Source: Dimargaris cristalligena (taxonomy: Eukaryota). Taken from it: DNA of 39,536 bases. The notes under the pieces were generated by a model. The model was not told where the DNA came from. It did not search any database and saw only the letters and a list, made by a program, of their open reading frames with translations. A program made the translations under genes and the position numbers. Positions 30,801 through 35,154 of the stretch are shown here, piece after piece. The first letter of the stretch is position 1; every line of letters begins with the position of its first letter. The stretch spans positions 1-39,536 of the forward strand of contig ML002350.1 of assembly GCA_003614675.1 (NCBI GenBank), in the 5' to 3' direction.

Positions 30801-32927
30801 TACCAGACGATAACCATCGGGACACCCCTACCTAACTACGTAGGTATAATTCTGGATCAGTATTTACGACCCGTGCCCATCGGAGCCACCGGCTACCTCT
30901 ATCTCGGAGGTCGTGGTGTAGCCCGGGGCTATCTTAACCGGTCTGATTTGACCTCGGCCAAATTCACTACCTGTCCCTTTACTGGAGGAAGAATCTACCA
31001 AACGGGTGACTTAGCCCGCTGGCTAACCAATGGCCATATTGAGTGCCTGGGCCGTATAGATAACCAGGTGAAGGTGCGGGGATTCCGAATTGAATTGGGT
31101 GAGGTGGAGAGTGCCCTAGAGCGCCACCCCAGCGTTGAGAAAGCCTGCGCGGCCGTTCAAAGCGGCCACCTCATAAGTTTCATTACGGGCCATCCCCCAT
31201 TCAGCCCGGACGCCATTCTCGCTTCACTTCGAACCATTCTGCCTAATTACATGGTGCCGTCGGTCTTGGTTCCAATAGACCAGCTCCCACTCACCCGTGT
31301 TGGTAAACTCGACCGGCTGGCCCTCCCGAAATACGACTTCGGGGAATCAGTTGCTAGGAGCGCCCGCGTTACGCAATCGCCCCTGGAAAACCAACTATGT
31401 CGACTCATTGGCGAGACGCTCCAAATGGACCCTGATTCCATTGCCCCCCATAACACGTTTTACCAACTGGGTGGAAATTCCCTATCGGCCATCCAACTGC
31501 TATCTCGTTGCCGCCGTACAAAGTTATTTTTGGCCCTGGCCGATATTAACCGACATAACACGGTGGCCGACCTGGCATTACTTATGGCCTCCGCCCCTTC
31601 AAAACCAGGCGTTGAGATTATCAAAAACGAGCCGGCTAAAGAAATAAGGCAGAGTCAACTTTCCCCCTCGCAGAGAATTCTTATGCAGATGCAGTTGAAG
31701 AACCCCCACTATTTCCCAGTAGCTGCTCTATTTGAATCCAAGCAGTCATTTTCGATTGAATCATGGCAAATGGCGTGGACCCAGGTGGTGCAGAGACATG
31801 ATATGTTAAGGGCCCGGTTTACCCCAGACGCCAATGGCCAATTGGTCAGTAGTACTGAACCAGGTCAAAACCTGCTGGTCTTTGAAGAAATACCCCAGCT
31901 GGATCAGTTAATTCGTCGCCTGCCCTCGATTAACCGCCAGCTTAACTTTGAAACAGGACCAATTGCCCAAGCACATATATTCCAAGTAGAGAAAACCCAG
32001 TACCTTTACCTCAGTGTACATCACTTAGTCTTCGACTACCTTTCCAGCCAAATCGTGGTGGAAGATCTCGACGCTCTGCTTACTGGGCGGGCCTTGGAAC
32101 CCCCCACTGCCTCTTTCTACTCCTGGGTTAACCATCTGTACCAAACCGTCCAACCTACTATTTTGCCCTGCGCCAAAGCCCTTTCGCATATCCCAGAACT
32201 TCCTTTTGACTGGCCCGTCGAAGGCCAGATCATTGACAACCAGACTCGTGTTCAAGAATCGGCCATTTTGGATAGCACCACCGTCCACATCCTGTTAACA
32301 AACACAACCTTGTCCCTACAAGCCACTGCCTTGGAACTCATCCTTACGGCCCTGATTCGGGCCTATGGTCTCTCCTTTGACCTATTTGATATGGATCTAA
32401 TGTTTAATGGACATGGCCGAGATGACCCCATGGGTTTTATCGACGTGTCTCGGACCGTTGGTTTCTTTGTTTCCTATATTCCGGTCATTCTGCGGACCAC
32501 TGGGCAATCCAAGCCACTGGATACCCTCCGCCTCGTTCAGGCCGCTCTAACTGAGCAGCTGGCCAATGTTACAGGGGTATCTTTCGCCCAAATTGATAGG
32601 TCCCAGTCCGATTCAATGGTGAAGTCCGAGCCACCTGCCATCCCGCAATTTTCCTTCACTTACTTGGGTATAACCACGCCACCGACAGCTTTGCCATCTA
32701 CTACCCCCAAACTACTGACCGAGAGGTCTGATCTAATTAGTGGACTGCGCTCGCTTCAAAGCGAAAATATGTATCCCTACAAGTTTGACTTGGCAGCCCT
32801 TCATGTTGGGGACGCGCTTGAACTGGGAGCAGCGTTTAATTCGCGCCACTTTGACCCGACTCGTGTGCGTCTCTTCGCCGAAAATTGGAAGCAAGAGGTT
32901 ATCATTCTGATGGACTTGGTGAAATAG
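9045..32927 (+). CDS. Giant intronless multimodular nonribosomal peptide synthetase, 7960 aa, six modules (one degenerate)
   Basis: Five A domains with (Y/F)TSG(T/S)TGxPKG at 10365, 18024, 22626, 25815 and 30375, each with NxYGPTE. PCP motifs GGDSI at 11478, 19149, 23724, 26916 and GGNSL at 31470. C motifs HHxxxD(G/A)WS at 13500, 21195, 24408 and 28968. E motifs HHxxVD plus (E/N)xHGR and RxVG(W/F)F. An in-frame TAA at 9018-9020 closes the ORF upstream. Confidence 0.98.
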   Translation: MISATGCDHSNFALPRTEPIPHATGLPLQKPNIPVGGYGAYSIKTPLIAAGPNNIVWSLGDSIRALKVILAVLMSRVHHNPFVAFGVLHASKSGLDSRGILDWSSPCRDYSITRFSIHVEPGIPISLLFASIQPASNTTCVVSSSLKSSCELPIDLSTPRDFAKVTLSLRTSQLGNHSAKKGSVEDDPVYAGLMDQNVIDLLIDCVLQDNFILATLVYRRTSYSPLAIQEFASPFVTLFQSIFQDYCPAASHDTGSPLVRDLAWLEEQERMRLIEFSGMNKPMEDSERSVGEIFVDCARQYPDHTAVIHGGDEWTYHQLDRCSSELAYILVNQYGAKPESRFAIIISKSVYFIVALLAMFKSGAAYVPIDPEYPDDRIRFILDDCDASLILTTLANYDCFTTELSLPYFQIDSVVNKQPQTTTAPFFIQSTDLRALAYILYTSGTTGRPKGVLIQQGGVANVATEPHLREAYGPGNRVIQFMSVSFDGILIDTLRTLCAGGTVIIPTLDIIGDLRTVHAGLLMPSFISRLDPHDFPQFRVVFAGGEFFPPELQTRWASHCTLVNIYGPTETTIYSHLTVIHPEDHVSIGRPIRNTFSLVVDEQLQLVPVGVTGELLIGGVGIARGYQNLPELTAAKFIPNPHGPGRVFRTGDHVRWLSDGRIEFIGRMDNLVKLRGYRIELEEIESVANRFPGLNHCVAAVVHDTLVIFVSPVNVDSNALLEYMSNRLARQMVPELVVPVKDFKTAPSGKLDRKALPSVDHLLHPGPSPSLNNTQTLTLKSEAEQVLGRAWAQLLQVDINQICASDHFFRVGGDSISAILLVSKCQQLGYHLTVPLVYQYPELHKMADHTAKISKAKDSVTIAYQTQVHGEVNLTPIQHWFLGLPLHNHHHFNQSFMLKVNSQSNVTQSSLTGALVALINHHDTLRVRFQLDGSKRVWTQEISATNAVSTDFQIVEETVGIVDYPSLILQIQSGLNLTTGPVLAAALIHDPVDSSSTRLFLTIHHALVDLVGWRILIEDLNTLLGQKELPPKTLSFQAWATQLNDYATALSADIWPQQVDPATPISNIRKLLPPPEISVSDTQIARLSVSFEFDWDFTNSLLFQLAPQWHVTPRDLLLATFTQSFATVVGLSQVTLCMEGHGREPWSPDQDITRTVGWFTALYPLVLRIQPGQSLYDLLRHTKEALQQIPGKGFPYALLKYMPSVRPEERAKLEAKTPVQLDVQFNYFGRFTNTNGDYSDGPLSIEWSDLFGLHDFAPNDHVIYDINPMPTLVGDQLRLVLEYNPRVYHRDIIAQIMNGWQRNLVELNDMARHSQSIVAEPLFTRYDFPHLQLSETEFSEILGTLNSRGISLNQVRDLLPCIAVQGGLLTGLEVNPSAYLVQMAFKLTGPLDSKRLLQAWESVANQHSPLRTVFIESSAKQSQGFVQALLHPFSTNWTTGEKPIDSLDLFFADNHKYGFTLNAHMIRNFIFPTADRLVHDIVLTIHHSLIDGWSLPLLLQQWMDTYHHPQLLAPLLLTSFDAVVSHIQTIDSTSAQEFWSDFLGNFSKTPAPLILPPGYSSFGFDALTTDLNVPKVAMANRAQLLGVTLSTLLQATYALVLGRLIGQDDVVFGMTVSGRNLNLSGMDQVIGPLINTVPFRVRLDQPSVSTCLKSIYQNQVNMIPFEHTILTDITRWVTYGEPSPLFNTSLGFENFPDIKTNSYHQLSISDIRIHEFTEYPLTVNFIDQPSGIQVKVFYNTAMYSNSAIQQLVNMLQTVLEQILNADHEVSIDQISLSPVSASLSSTPRYSNSTGATITTGSLIPDLNNGSFKNDPNLSVYISRNLTLSYGQLNQLTNLLSCQTTQETVPDSITIVALLETPDQLLVCLNTAVKLEAQLLPLDLDSPIGYLVEFIELVGANVVWLPTAMLELFSPYLPMGVRVVCLPNPSSSPNSTLPSLHQYQPSVAPQGLTLLLASGWKFASPIITSVSDSALLHTLSSTHPHVSGQGQYIGFPSLALDCSQAIWLVLSGLRLGLTMVVPDSPKLTKVKSALCHIIIADLLPSSPNGVKKLILCDLGQITWLDTDHLANTSQPCLAYNGNIFMGHSFVASGQLGTRKLPSFCNPPEHASLAILDGHGQSCPLGVIGQLAFINPLGFTIPKSNETSVLGYWDKPGIVSIIGSHHQRVTVQGRQVHLGLVEEVLNQFGLRSPRALLLHGDQLVALVPNTSEQDLVHLSYKIASSTIPSAFVPHVVIPTDAFPHVAESTEHCPKSFAQAYLAALPLRSSQILSDTEWWLTVVVNEIYSSLQQLPSGSPDTAPVWSTAGFPLSKLELVQFLVLEKYGVGLTLGDLVKYGDIKLLADVISSQLDTQTFNISDKVATNDHGIFNAEPHSRNYVYHQPISSFQQSIWSFGRLEHIPRIFYHQATIVSTFPLAFTTVRQVMAKTVAQHDSLRSAFLCRRGTVGSYILPSVPLNIKDHRDRTLVSGALQGSASEQELEEPEFNLSAGILVQVDFFQASEIKKGGVQTSIVIRIHEIAGDAVFYQGLVNGLVSILSSESRDLLQHPTSQSTNNIVRSRVRAGSLPSATAPEPMPRKSNTPQTVGSIPITPVLPLDYNRPLLPTFQNGMVQAQTSTKLAVAVKKMAQEIDCDVGDLWLTLFAAFLLQIAIPGEVSVETRVSQTPYRLDHPHAFDTHLNHTLIQVDKKSSNSIHGLAALIAGQKGATYTLSGQPPIPAEKQYGIWAQAGVYPRSQLGFQYQAPGPHSFTSNLMIHNDVPLNTVFVHDIVCFIAKGADLFECSVRFNMDVYLEDTISRMLHNFLYFSYQAIQLGSNLNNVPLVCEREERVLLQDFAKVCESTSPTKQSTPSVLDSFHQAAQNYSNQTAIDVLGTTLTYSSLLSRIDIVAELLQQTNVGVGDVVGVTVSNHPNTVIAMLAVWKIGAIYVPVDAKLPKNRQNLIIEEANCVAILNTTKSLAEGPSVTSTHAMNLPISQGASATSNNGTLSDNLAYIVFTSGTTGKPKGVMVTHHSLNHIINNPEFHDFQKPYQRVLVGVAPGFDVFFLNTLLPLCHGSTLVFYGEDITKTLATVDQVFLVPSVLRILSPTDYPNLQQIYLAGEPVSRDLADRWLATATVTIYNGYGPTETAIISHMTKIPPTGPVPIGRPVTGYECYILNPNLRLVPIGAVGEIYIGGIGVSKGYINRIDLNPIKFIDNHFTGKGKLYRTNDLGRWLTNGQVEYLGRIGSQVKLRGFRIELEEIRSVLIGQSGVHDSVVFIHNQQLIAYVFPETAADEDRLQNILSDHLPTYMVPSYILGLPQVPLTRNDKCDIQFLRAHFIEHFNSQQKGTPTTLDANNIDPSLETLAKALVDVLSLSPEQVNLGLSFFKLGGDSISAIQVSSKCRQLGLTIPASAFLGRGTLLDVVKLMKPISSASDRALAPVSNFTAFPLTPIQQWFFDQPWTNIHHFNQSFVLELTQPLGISRLNSALLSLINHHDMLRCRFIRDSARPNIPWEQAIIPPFTELPIPTAEVKVPQEGLTTCFLDIQSSLNISQGHHLAAGLIALTDGTSSSIITNGTAKGSTPTTTTRLLFLTIHHLVVDLVSWSVLLEDLVLLLEGRQPIPQHLSFATWATELTNRFNQSAAAEKETKLWSTEAFPKPFLPRVDSDYLSLNIQGNAQHQMLTLHPALSNSLLQIGKCLSQPLEIMLAALFQSLFLVTQESMITVFNESHGRQLLQPSADTSRIVGWFTALVPCCAQVGSNTTIADYLKLAKRALHPSAQLDLTQWPYKKMDHTSHMYTPCHPLDLVFNYFGKIVDDDCLTTNGKAPWVPRLDLTSTLANCDASETRPQLLEILGIQTVTGLQFSFQYCPQVISSSIITDIMVRFEESIRSIIGHISQFPEMAYWVPLDFPLLKGSQSDLAKIESELHELNIVSAEVEDIYPMLPTQIGLLATTAKDSTKYLAHLTFTIEGLVTLTQLKTATGSIVALHPIMRTKFLTNWYNDFNTGAQVTMKPGHFDLDFIKEWSDVGVANEAGYLQKIMDKGFNPGSPPIHFGLKQLNKTKFRYYVTAHHALLDGWSVAIFLDQLRHYISTPQIGLMPKATFKTYIQYIQELDHSAALEFWNEYLGGVKQPTELQLPKAQVTPDIPNSATNCVLHPQANRIQNLARLMNTTPYTFIKAAWALLLSRYTDQTDVIFGNTVSGRALPLEGIEEIVGCLINTLPFRVQVDPNQTVSQYINQIGADSQHITPYEYCHLADIDTKLVGSISAKHMFNTLIVYENYPSSRLKKYTQQVTFSDIVSDVATEYPLSLMFQIQNNELVATFSWHTAAFDAPCVGSLIKHFHSIFKALVSKVETSDMDSLIGEIPMLSPSEVKLLTDSFARPHRDIDFQTCIPGLFSNMAHQTPTEVAVEHAGVKYTYAELHTQVILAAQVFNSLGIKPEEPIGIIIERLPSTIVAMLAVHFAGAAFVPIDPEYPLDRIKYIIGDCSIRYMFSNAKDLTKARQATQDCHIRLIFQEDLFDMTLKEVGEHSRPLPSIRPNHLSHILYTSGTTGKPKGVQMEHRVLANLVQQSDNVMAVTKGLRVMQNMALTFDGALYEIMGALCNGATLVLPTELLETLSQVDILTATPTMLSSIDPTHYPNIQKVVAGGEAFPLQVAERWARHCQVYNMYGPTECIVSHTVEFKLGDQITIGHPIPNTECYILDRHLRPMPIGIPGELYIGGICVTRGYVNLPELNVERILPNPFTGQGYIYRTGDIGRWHSNGTIEYIARRDDQLKVRGHRVEPQEIEAVLLNYSGVESAAAVMSSGKLHGFVSPNLISIQDIKAHLSTHLPHYMIPHTVFALDALPQTINGKTDKRALISMLPELTNKYTTLTITAPQSPAQLLLVNALSQTLNVPAVEIVLHHSFFQLGGDSISAIRLSSICRDSGLHLSMAQIFKSTNIIQLAEFSSQENMPANSTKIDTRNIYQPFSLLEPTESPHATVDSLVKEAAYQLKLNPEDITDIMPTSSLQIGFLINTLKDPTAYMVQQSYMITGPLDEARLQRAWHQVAKRHTTLNTKFFQPGSLSTHSFLQVITQACDIEWSFSPSRTCDDWAELQQAYLASDRRRGFTFDGPLLRLAFYKLSSTDEQKHECLFTFHHALLDAWSQNQIMAEWSELYHGIALAPCTQFTDYIAYLRSLDQSEVRQYWEANLDGALPTPAIQFPVYATAPQGEFGLYTSKLSIDSTALQSFCRKYHITLNSLLRSVWALTLARYLDPSGEVTFGVLTSARNVPVLGIQNMVGMCINTLPFRVSVNLEASIVDFIQLIHRQSGELTTSEQCHLVDIRRWGKVDTNARLFDTLLIFDSFPASLPSVTDPQITFHPQEGHNFTEYAYTMNFTSAGDALECHLLYKTHYCSELYSHFLVQFLDHCLRHIVSESTSLLLDVMTLPTDEAQLIHQWSRGPIQKSPQQQWSACQLFTKHLSNRANAIAIETDQRVYTYSDLYRGARAIALSLQLQGFRPDCFAILLFDQSTEFIISYLAVLLAGGVCVPMDASNSIERLRYMAELLDEPWALTTIIHKEKAIQQLVISDDRLILVDSAQIRDRDSTGFQPDITRTPSDLMYILFTSGTTGQPKGVPIRHESFTNFILSFTETTGISEATRQLWTLNLAFDGCLCEIFGPLIMGGTLIVPSGPMVDSLHLANTSVLIPSLLSAINPTDFPNLTKVITGTDVLHPQVAQKWSPHVTMYNLYGPTETTIACHMDILEPCPIPTIGKPLANIQGYILNDHLHCVPVGVAGELYIGGQGISSGYWKQPELTAKAFIPNPFDTGKLYRTGDIVCWLPTGKVHFITRKDYQVKLRGYRIELGEVENTALLNEQVTNATACITQNQLVLYVAPGHINTPALQTHLAEKLPHYMVPSFIIPLDQMPLTAVGKVDRKTLQAKSLPANNFSEHALDTKPLTPTFLLMRKALVATLKVDPQHVVPATSFLQLGGDSISAIQFATKCKQLGLRLSVAHILKYPQLFVMEQYAQLIAIDKQYSPASYLDSVGPVPFTAVQRYALSQHRNINQFNQSMLLQCRQTLSRDMVRQAMVALISHHDMLRVQLTLTGNQWEQRVHSTPAEPSAWTDQYVVIDEANITRGEYLEWVNHMQKTISIVNGPILGSGLLTIDDEQYLFLTVHHFAVDFVSWRIILEDLEALLTGQILLPKTMPFREWATKVHTHAQTLSDLDWPIATPTHSDRIPLDFPTATAQYEVPNVTYHSFQSVQASLGPALSESLYSQVAPTLGTSVQELLAASLLMALNSSFGIATIELEMEGHGRRPWDPVIDISRTVGWFTSIYPVKFSIDTSDGYPLPSKALRVLAHTKQSLRSVPNHGFPHSLIQYLRDTDSLQCNAQNSRLPGSYDESSNWNRVVFNYSGRFEQLGAQDAFWKSRCINQGWNYDFDQDELMTRVFSASGDFDIEQGLILSIMYSDELHKSETIRGLVDHWVMYLGQMAHQVQQGPSPSLITATDFPISGLSEVDFIQFQADDLKHLQLTIDQIEDIYPCLPVQEGLLFATLKDPAAYMVQLSVLIEGPLDPTLFQWVWEQTAQSQATFRTRFLMGTSQRPDLNLQVVATKFGAQWTTGDWQGQSIEKAEAEFTLHEREKGFPRHRPMIKFGLFQLAPQKYKYIVSAHHAILDGWSIGLMTQSIFGYYSGKVPPPTISFKEVVTHIKSQSVEKAAKFWSNQFEGVESPSLLVQPHHNPDLSIQPSDADYYGLIDRSVPLMSHIEAFARATDTTLSDVLRAGMAAVLQRYTGADNPIFGVVVSGRNLPLDGIENMVGVCINTIPCRVALGPSAAIADVLQKVHQTSIATYGFEHCRLTDIHQWSGLTQEQPLFNSLLVLENYPEVEMDANLPIRIEYTDWYNPTDLPFSLTVHAAGNQLNVTVNYQRLYFDHDFMTQFIDHFLNSLQSIIALGPDALFNTIEVLSPAEHSQLLKVWATNPQECPSHYAYEGFQWEAFCHPDQTALIYNNRRFTYAQLDQSTNYLARQMQAMVNCRFDGIIGVVASNSLELIVGQLAVWKTGCAFVVLDPDYPTERKHFIIQDTQCLALLGQLEYKAEFSEQKIPFIPIDAGDLLSGIDSKELCHQVEISSESLAYVIYTSGSTGKPKGVLIEHGAVSNLLQGVQLVTCITASTITPTIFTPTFDISISEIWNTLSFGGAVLVTHGDYEAALKQSTRACCTPSLLALFEPSDFPNLNQVMLGGEGVGQKVVDRWAPVLELINIYGPTEATITSHTAPLVAYQTITIGTPLPNYVGIILDQYLRPVPIGATGYLYLGGRGVARGYLNRSDLTSAKFTTCPFTGGRIYQTGDLARWLTNGHIECLGRIDNQVKVRGFRIELGEVESALERHPSVEKACAAVQSGHLISFITGHPPFSPDAILASLRTILPNYMVPSVLVPIDQLPLTRVGKLDRLALPKYDFGESVARSARVTQSPLENQLCRLIGETLQMDPDSIAPHNTFYQLGGNSLSAIQLLSRCRRTKLFLALADINRHNTVADLALLMASAPSKPGVEIIKNEPAKEIRQSQLSPSQRILMQMQLKNPHYFPVAALFESKQSFSIESWQMAWTQVVQRHDMLRARFTPDANGQLVSSTEPGQNLLVFEEIPQLDQLIRRLPSINRQLNFETGPIAQAHIFQVEKTQYLYLSVHHLVFDYLSSQIVVEDLDALLTGRALEPPTASFYSWVNHLYQTVQPTILPCAKALSHIPELPFDWPVEGQIIDNQTRVQESAILDSTTVHILLTNTTLSLQATALELILTALIRAYGLSFDLFDMDLMFNGHGRDDPMGFIDVSRTVGFFVSYIPVILRTTGQSKPLDTLRLVQAALTEQLANVTGVSFAQIDRSQSDSMVKSEPPAIPQFSFTYLGITTPPTALPSTTPKLLTERSDLISGLRSLQSENMYPYKFDLAALHVGDALELGAAFNSRHFDPTRVRLFAENWKQEVIILMDLVK
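9909..12960 (+). other. NRPS module 1: A-T-E
   Basis: YTSGTTGRPKG (10365), SFDGIL, FRTGD, GKLDRKAL (11289), GGDSI (11478), HHALVD (12054), EGHGRE (12459), DITRTVGWFT. Confidence 0.92.
13110..17470 (+). other. NRPS module 2: intact C followed by a degenerate A*-T*-C* block
   Basis: C motif HHSLIDGWS (13500) is intact. The A-like region 14480-15770 keeps only traces (LSYGQLN, CPLGVIGQL, QRVTVQGRQVHLGLVE) and lacks TSGxTGxPKG, YGPTE and the A10 Lys. The T-like region reads WSTAGFPLS (AGFPLS at 15957) in place of FFxxGGxS. The next C reads HEIAGDA (16590) in place of HHxxxDG. Confidence 0.85.
17590..20670 (+). other. NRPS module 3: A-T-E
   Basis: FTSGTTGKPKG (18024), NGYGPTE, GGDSI (19149), HHLVVD (19767), ESHGR (20166), DTSRIVGWFT. 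Confidence 0.9.
20800..23850 (+). other. NRPS module 4: C-A-T (no E)
   Basis: HHALLDGWS (21195), YTSGTTGKPKG (22626), YRTGD, NGKTD, GGDSI (23724). Confidence 0.92.
23990..28430 (+). other. NRPS module 5: C-A-T-E
   Basis: HHALLDAWS (24408), FTSGTTGQPKG (25815), GGDSI (26916), HHFAVD (27480), EGHGRR (27888), DISRTVGWFT. Confidence 0.92.
28570..32924 (+). other. NRPS module 6: C-A-T plus terminal epimerase-like domain
   Basis: HHAILDGWS (28968), YTSGSTGKPKG (30375), GGNSL (31470), HHLVFD (32019), NGHGRD (32406), DVSRTVGFF. No thioesterase or reductase domain follows. Confidence 0.9.
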
Positions 32928-33016
32928 AATAGAGTTGTAGCTGGTGGAAGGCCTATAGCCAAGCATTACATAGTACTGCCCTACTCAATTGTTTAATATA
33001 ATTTTTAAGATTAGTT

Positions 33017-33022
33017 AATAAA
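33017..33022 (+). terminator. Candidate polyadenylation signal for the NRPS
   Basis: AATAAA in an AT-rich tract 90 nt after the stop codon. Confidence 0.4.
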
Positions 33023-34825
33023 AGTGTTTGGCATAATTATGGGAACTGTAGTGCATATCCGCCTGGATGAGAAACGGTAAAGGCCATTCAAACAAGTACC
33101 AGTAAGGCTGGAGGAGAGGTAATCAACACGGCTTTTATTCAAAAAAGCCCCAATTGGACGTCATGGCGTCTATACCTATCGAACGAGGCCCTAAATTATT
33201 TATTTAGGTATGTCGGCCGGGGGAAAGCTGGCCAGCGCCAGTTAATAAAGATAAAAGGTATGGCTCAGGTTCGATGCCCGTGGATCCGCGGAATAATAAA
33301 ATGCCAAGCTGAGAGTAATGTAATGAACTATACGGCCATCCTTTATGTCTACATCTGGCCATGCAATTACCAGAGGCACAACCTGTCTGCCCGTCTCCCC
33401 AATATTAATGTTTGTATATCCCCTCACTCTTCCACACCGCCTGATTCGCTGACTGGATAGGTACAGGCAACCTGTTTCCTTCCCCCGTAGCAGGAAGTTA
33501 ATAAGACCATAAATGGTGCCATTAGTTGACGAAGTAATGCTAGCGATGTAGATATCGAAGTCTGTTCATTCAAAATACGCCGCCGGCCATGTAGGGGTAG
33601 TTGGGTAGGATGGTCTTGTAATGTTTTTAATTGTCGTACATCAATCACTATACTGGCCTCTACTCAACAGTATTATTGACAAGTACTAGCTGCGACTTCA
33701 AGCAGGTGCAATTCATAGAAGAGATACTCGCAGCGGATGGCTTGAAAATTCGGGCTTTCGAACCATCGCTGTCTGATGGATGTTGGCGCGCAACATAGAA
33801 CCAGCGAATCTACTGGACAATACGTCGAGGTTAATAGCTAAAGCAAACGTATATCAAACAGGCCACCCTTGTCCACTGCAGCCCATGGTCAAGCAAATAA
33901 AGCCAAAGTAGACCCTACCCAGCCATGAGGACTGCCTCTGGCAATAGAAAGCACTTACTTTCGGTGGGCAACTCTCTGGCATATTTTTGTGAATGCCATT
34001 ATTTTTTGAATCCTCCATACAGTTGGTTTTGCCAGAGTAGCAATACCTACCGTAAGTGGAATGATTTGCGCCAATATTGCCCAATTCTGACATCTAAGCT
34101 AAGGATCTAATGGTTAGTTTGCTCTACCCATTATCACTACCTCTCTTGAACCCCGAGAGATCCGCCCTCGTCCCCCTTGCTACACTATGTTATTTCCAAT
34201 GAATCGTTTATGAGCTGCACCATGATGTAACGATCCGTGTCCACCCCACACGCGAATGTATGGGCCTGTGCTTATCCTATGACCCTCTCTCTTTCATTTA
34301 ACAACCACCCAATGGCTGGAGGCCCTGCCCCCCATCCGTCGAGCCATTTGTTCTTGATTGGGTGGCATATCAAATGTAAAGAAGGATTGTCGTTGTCGTA
34401 AATGGCTGACCTGGGGAGGCTTTTGAAATTCGGTTTATATTTCCCTGCCGAACAGTACTGGCCAGGGACATGCCTTCTCACCAGGTGACTATGCATGATC
34501 AATTTTAGACGGGCTTACATGCTTTATCATTGCCATCTTCCTTCAGATAGTGGGGCCCTTCTTATTTGGTTTCGGATTGGTTTGGCCAATGCAATCCCCG
34601 AAATTTAATATCGCTCACCGACTGGCCGGAGATGAAATTTAGACAGGGTGTGCTTTCTTAGTGAATAGAGGAGGGGGCCAGATCCCCAAAGATGCAAGCC
34701 GCTTGGATGCGAGGGAGATTCAATACTTGCCAATAATGGAAGGCACTGCCTTTTTGGGAATTGATGTTTACCCTCATTCGGATATGATTAAGGTGATACA
34801 GCACTGAAAAGGAGGTTATCTTAGC

Positions 34826-34831
34826 TATAAA
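34826..34831 (+). promoter_or_regulatory. Candidate TATA box for the transporter gene
   Basis: TATAAA about 330 nt upstream of ATG 35155, followed by a CT-rich leader. Confidence 0.3.
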
Positions 34832-35154
34832 GCCCTCCTCGGTTTATTACGCTCTCCAAGTTAGTTGCTTCTGTTTACTTCTTTAGTCTTCTTCATTACC
34901 TCTCGTTGTGGTGCATTTGCCAACGCACATGCTTGTAGTTTGCTACGTGGGCATTCCCTCAGGATCGTTATTCCGGCCCTTCTCCTAAAACTCGGTGTAT
35001 ATATTACCTTGTGGACCTACGCCGCAACCTCTAGAGCCATACTGGCCCTTGATTCCGTGAGTCGGCTACAGCTACCTAACCGAACTATACCCAATACCAT
35101 TGAAACCCAGAGTCCAACCATATATTCAAGTTCATTCACCCCTAGTTCTACCGC

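Noticed and set aside
9045-32927. Siderophore synthetase interpretation
   Set aside because: Ferrichrome-type NRPSs have extra T-C repeats and lack E domains, and no ornithine monooxygenase or acyltransferase gene is in the window.
9120-32966. Numerous short antisense and alternate-frame ORFs inside the NRPS
   Set aside because: Shadow ORFs produced by codon structure, with no recognisable motifs.
33260-33290. TGGCTCAG and GGTTCGATGCC resembling tRNA A/B boxes
   Set aside because: The boxes abut each other and no cloverleaf stems can be formed.
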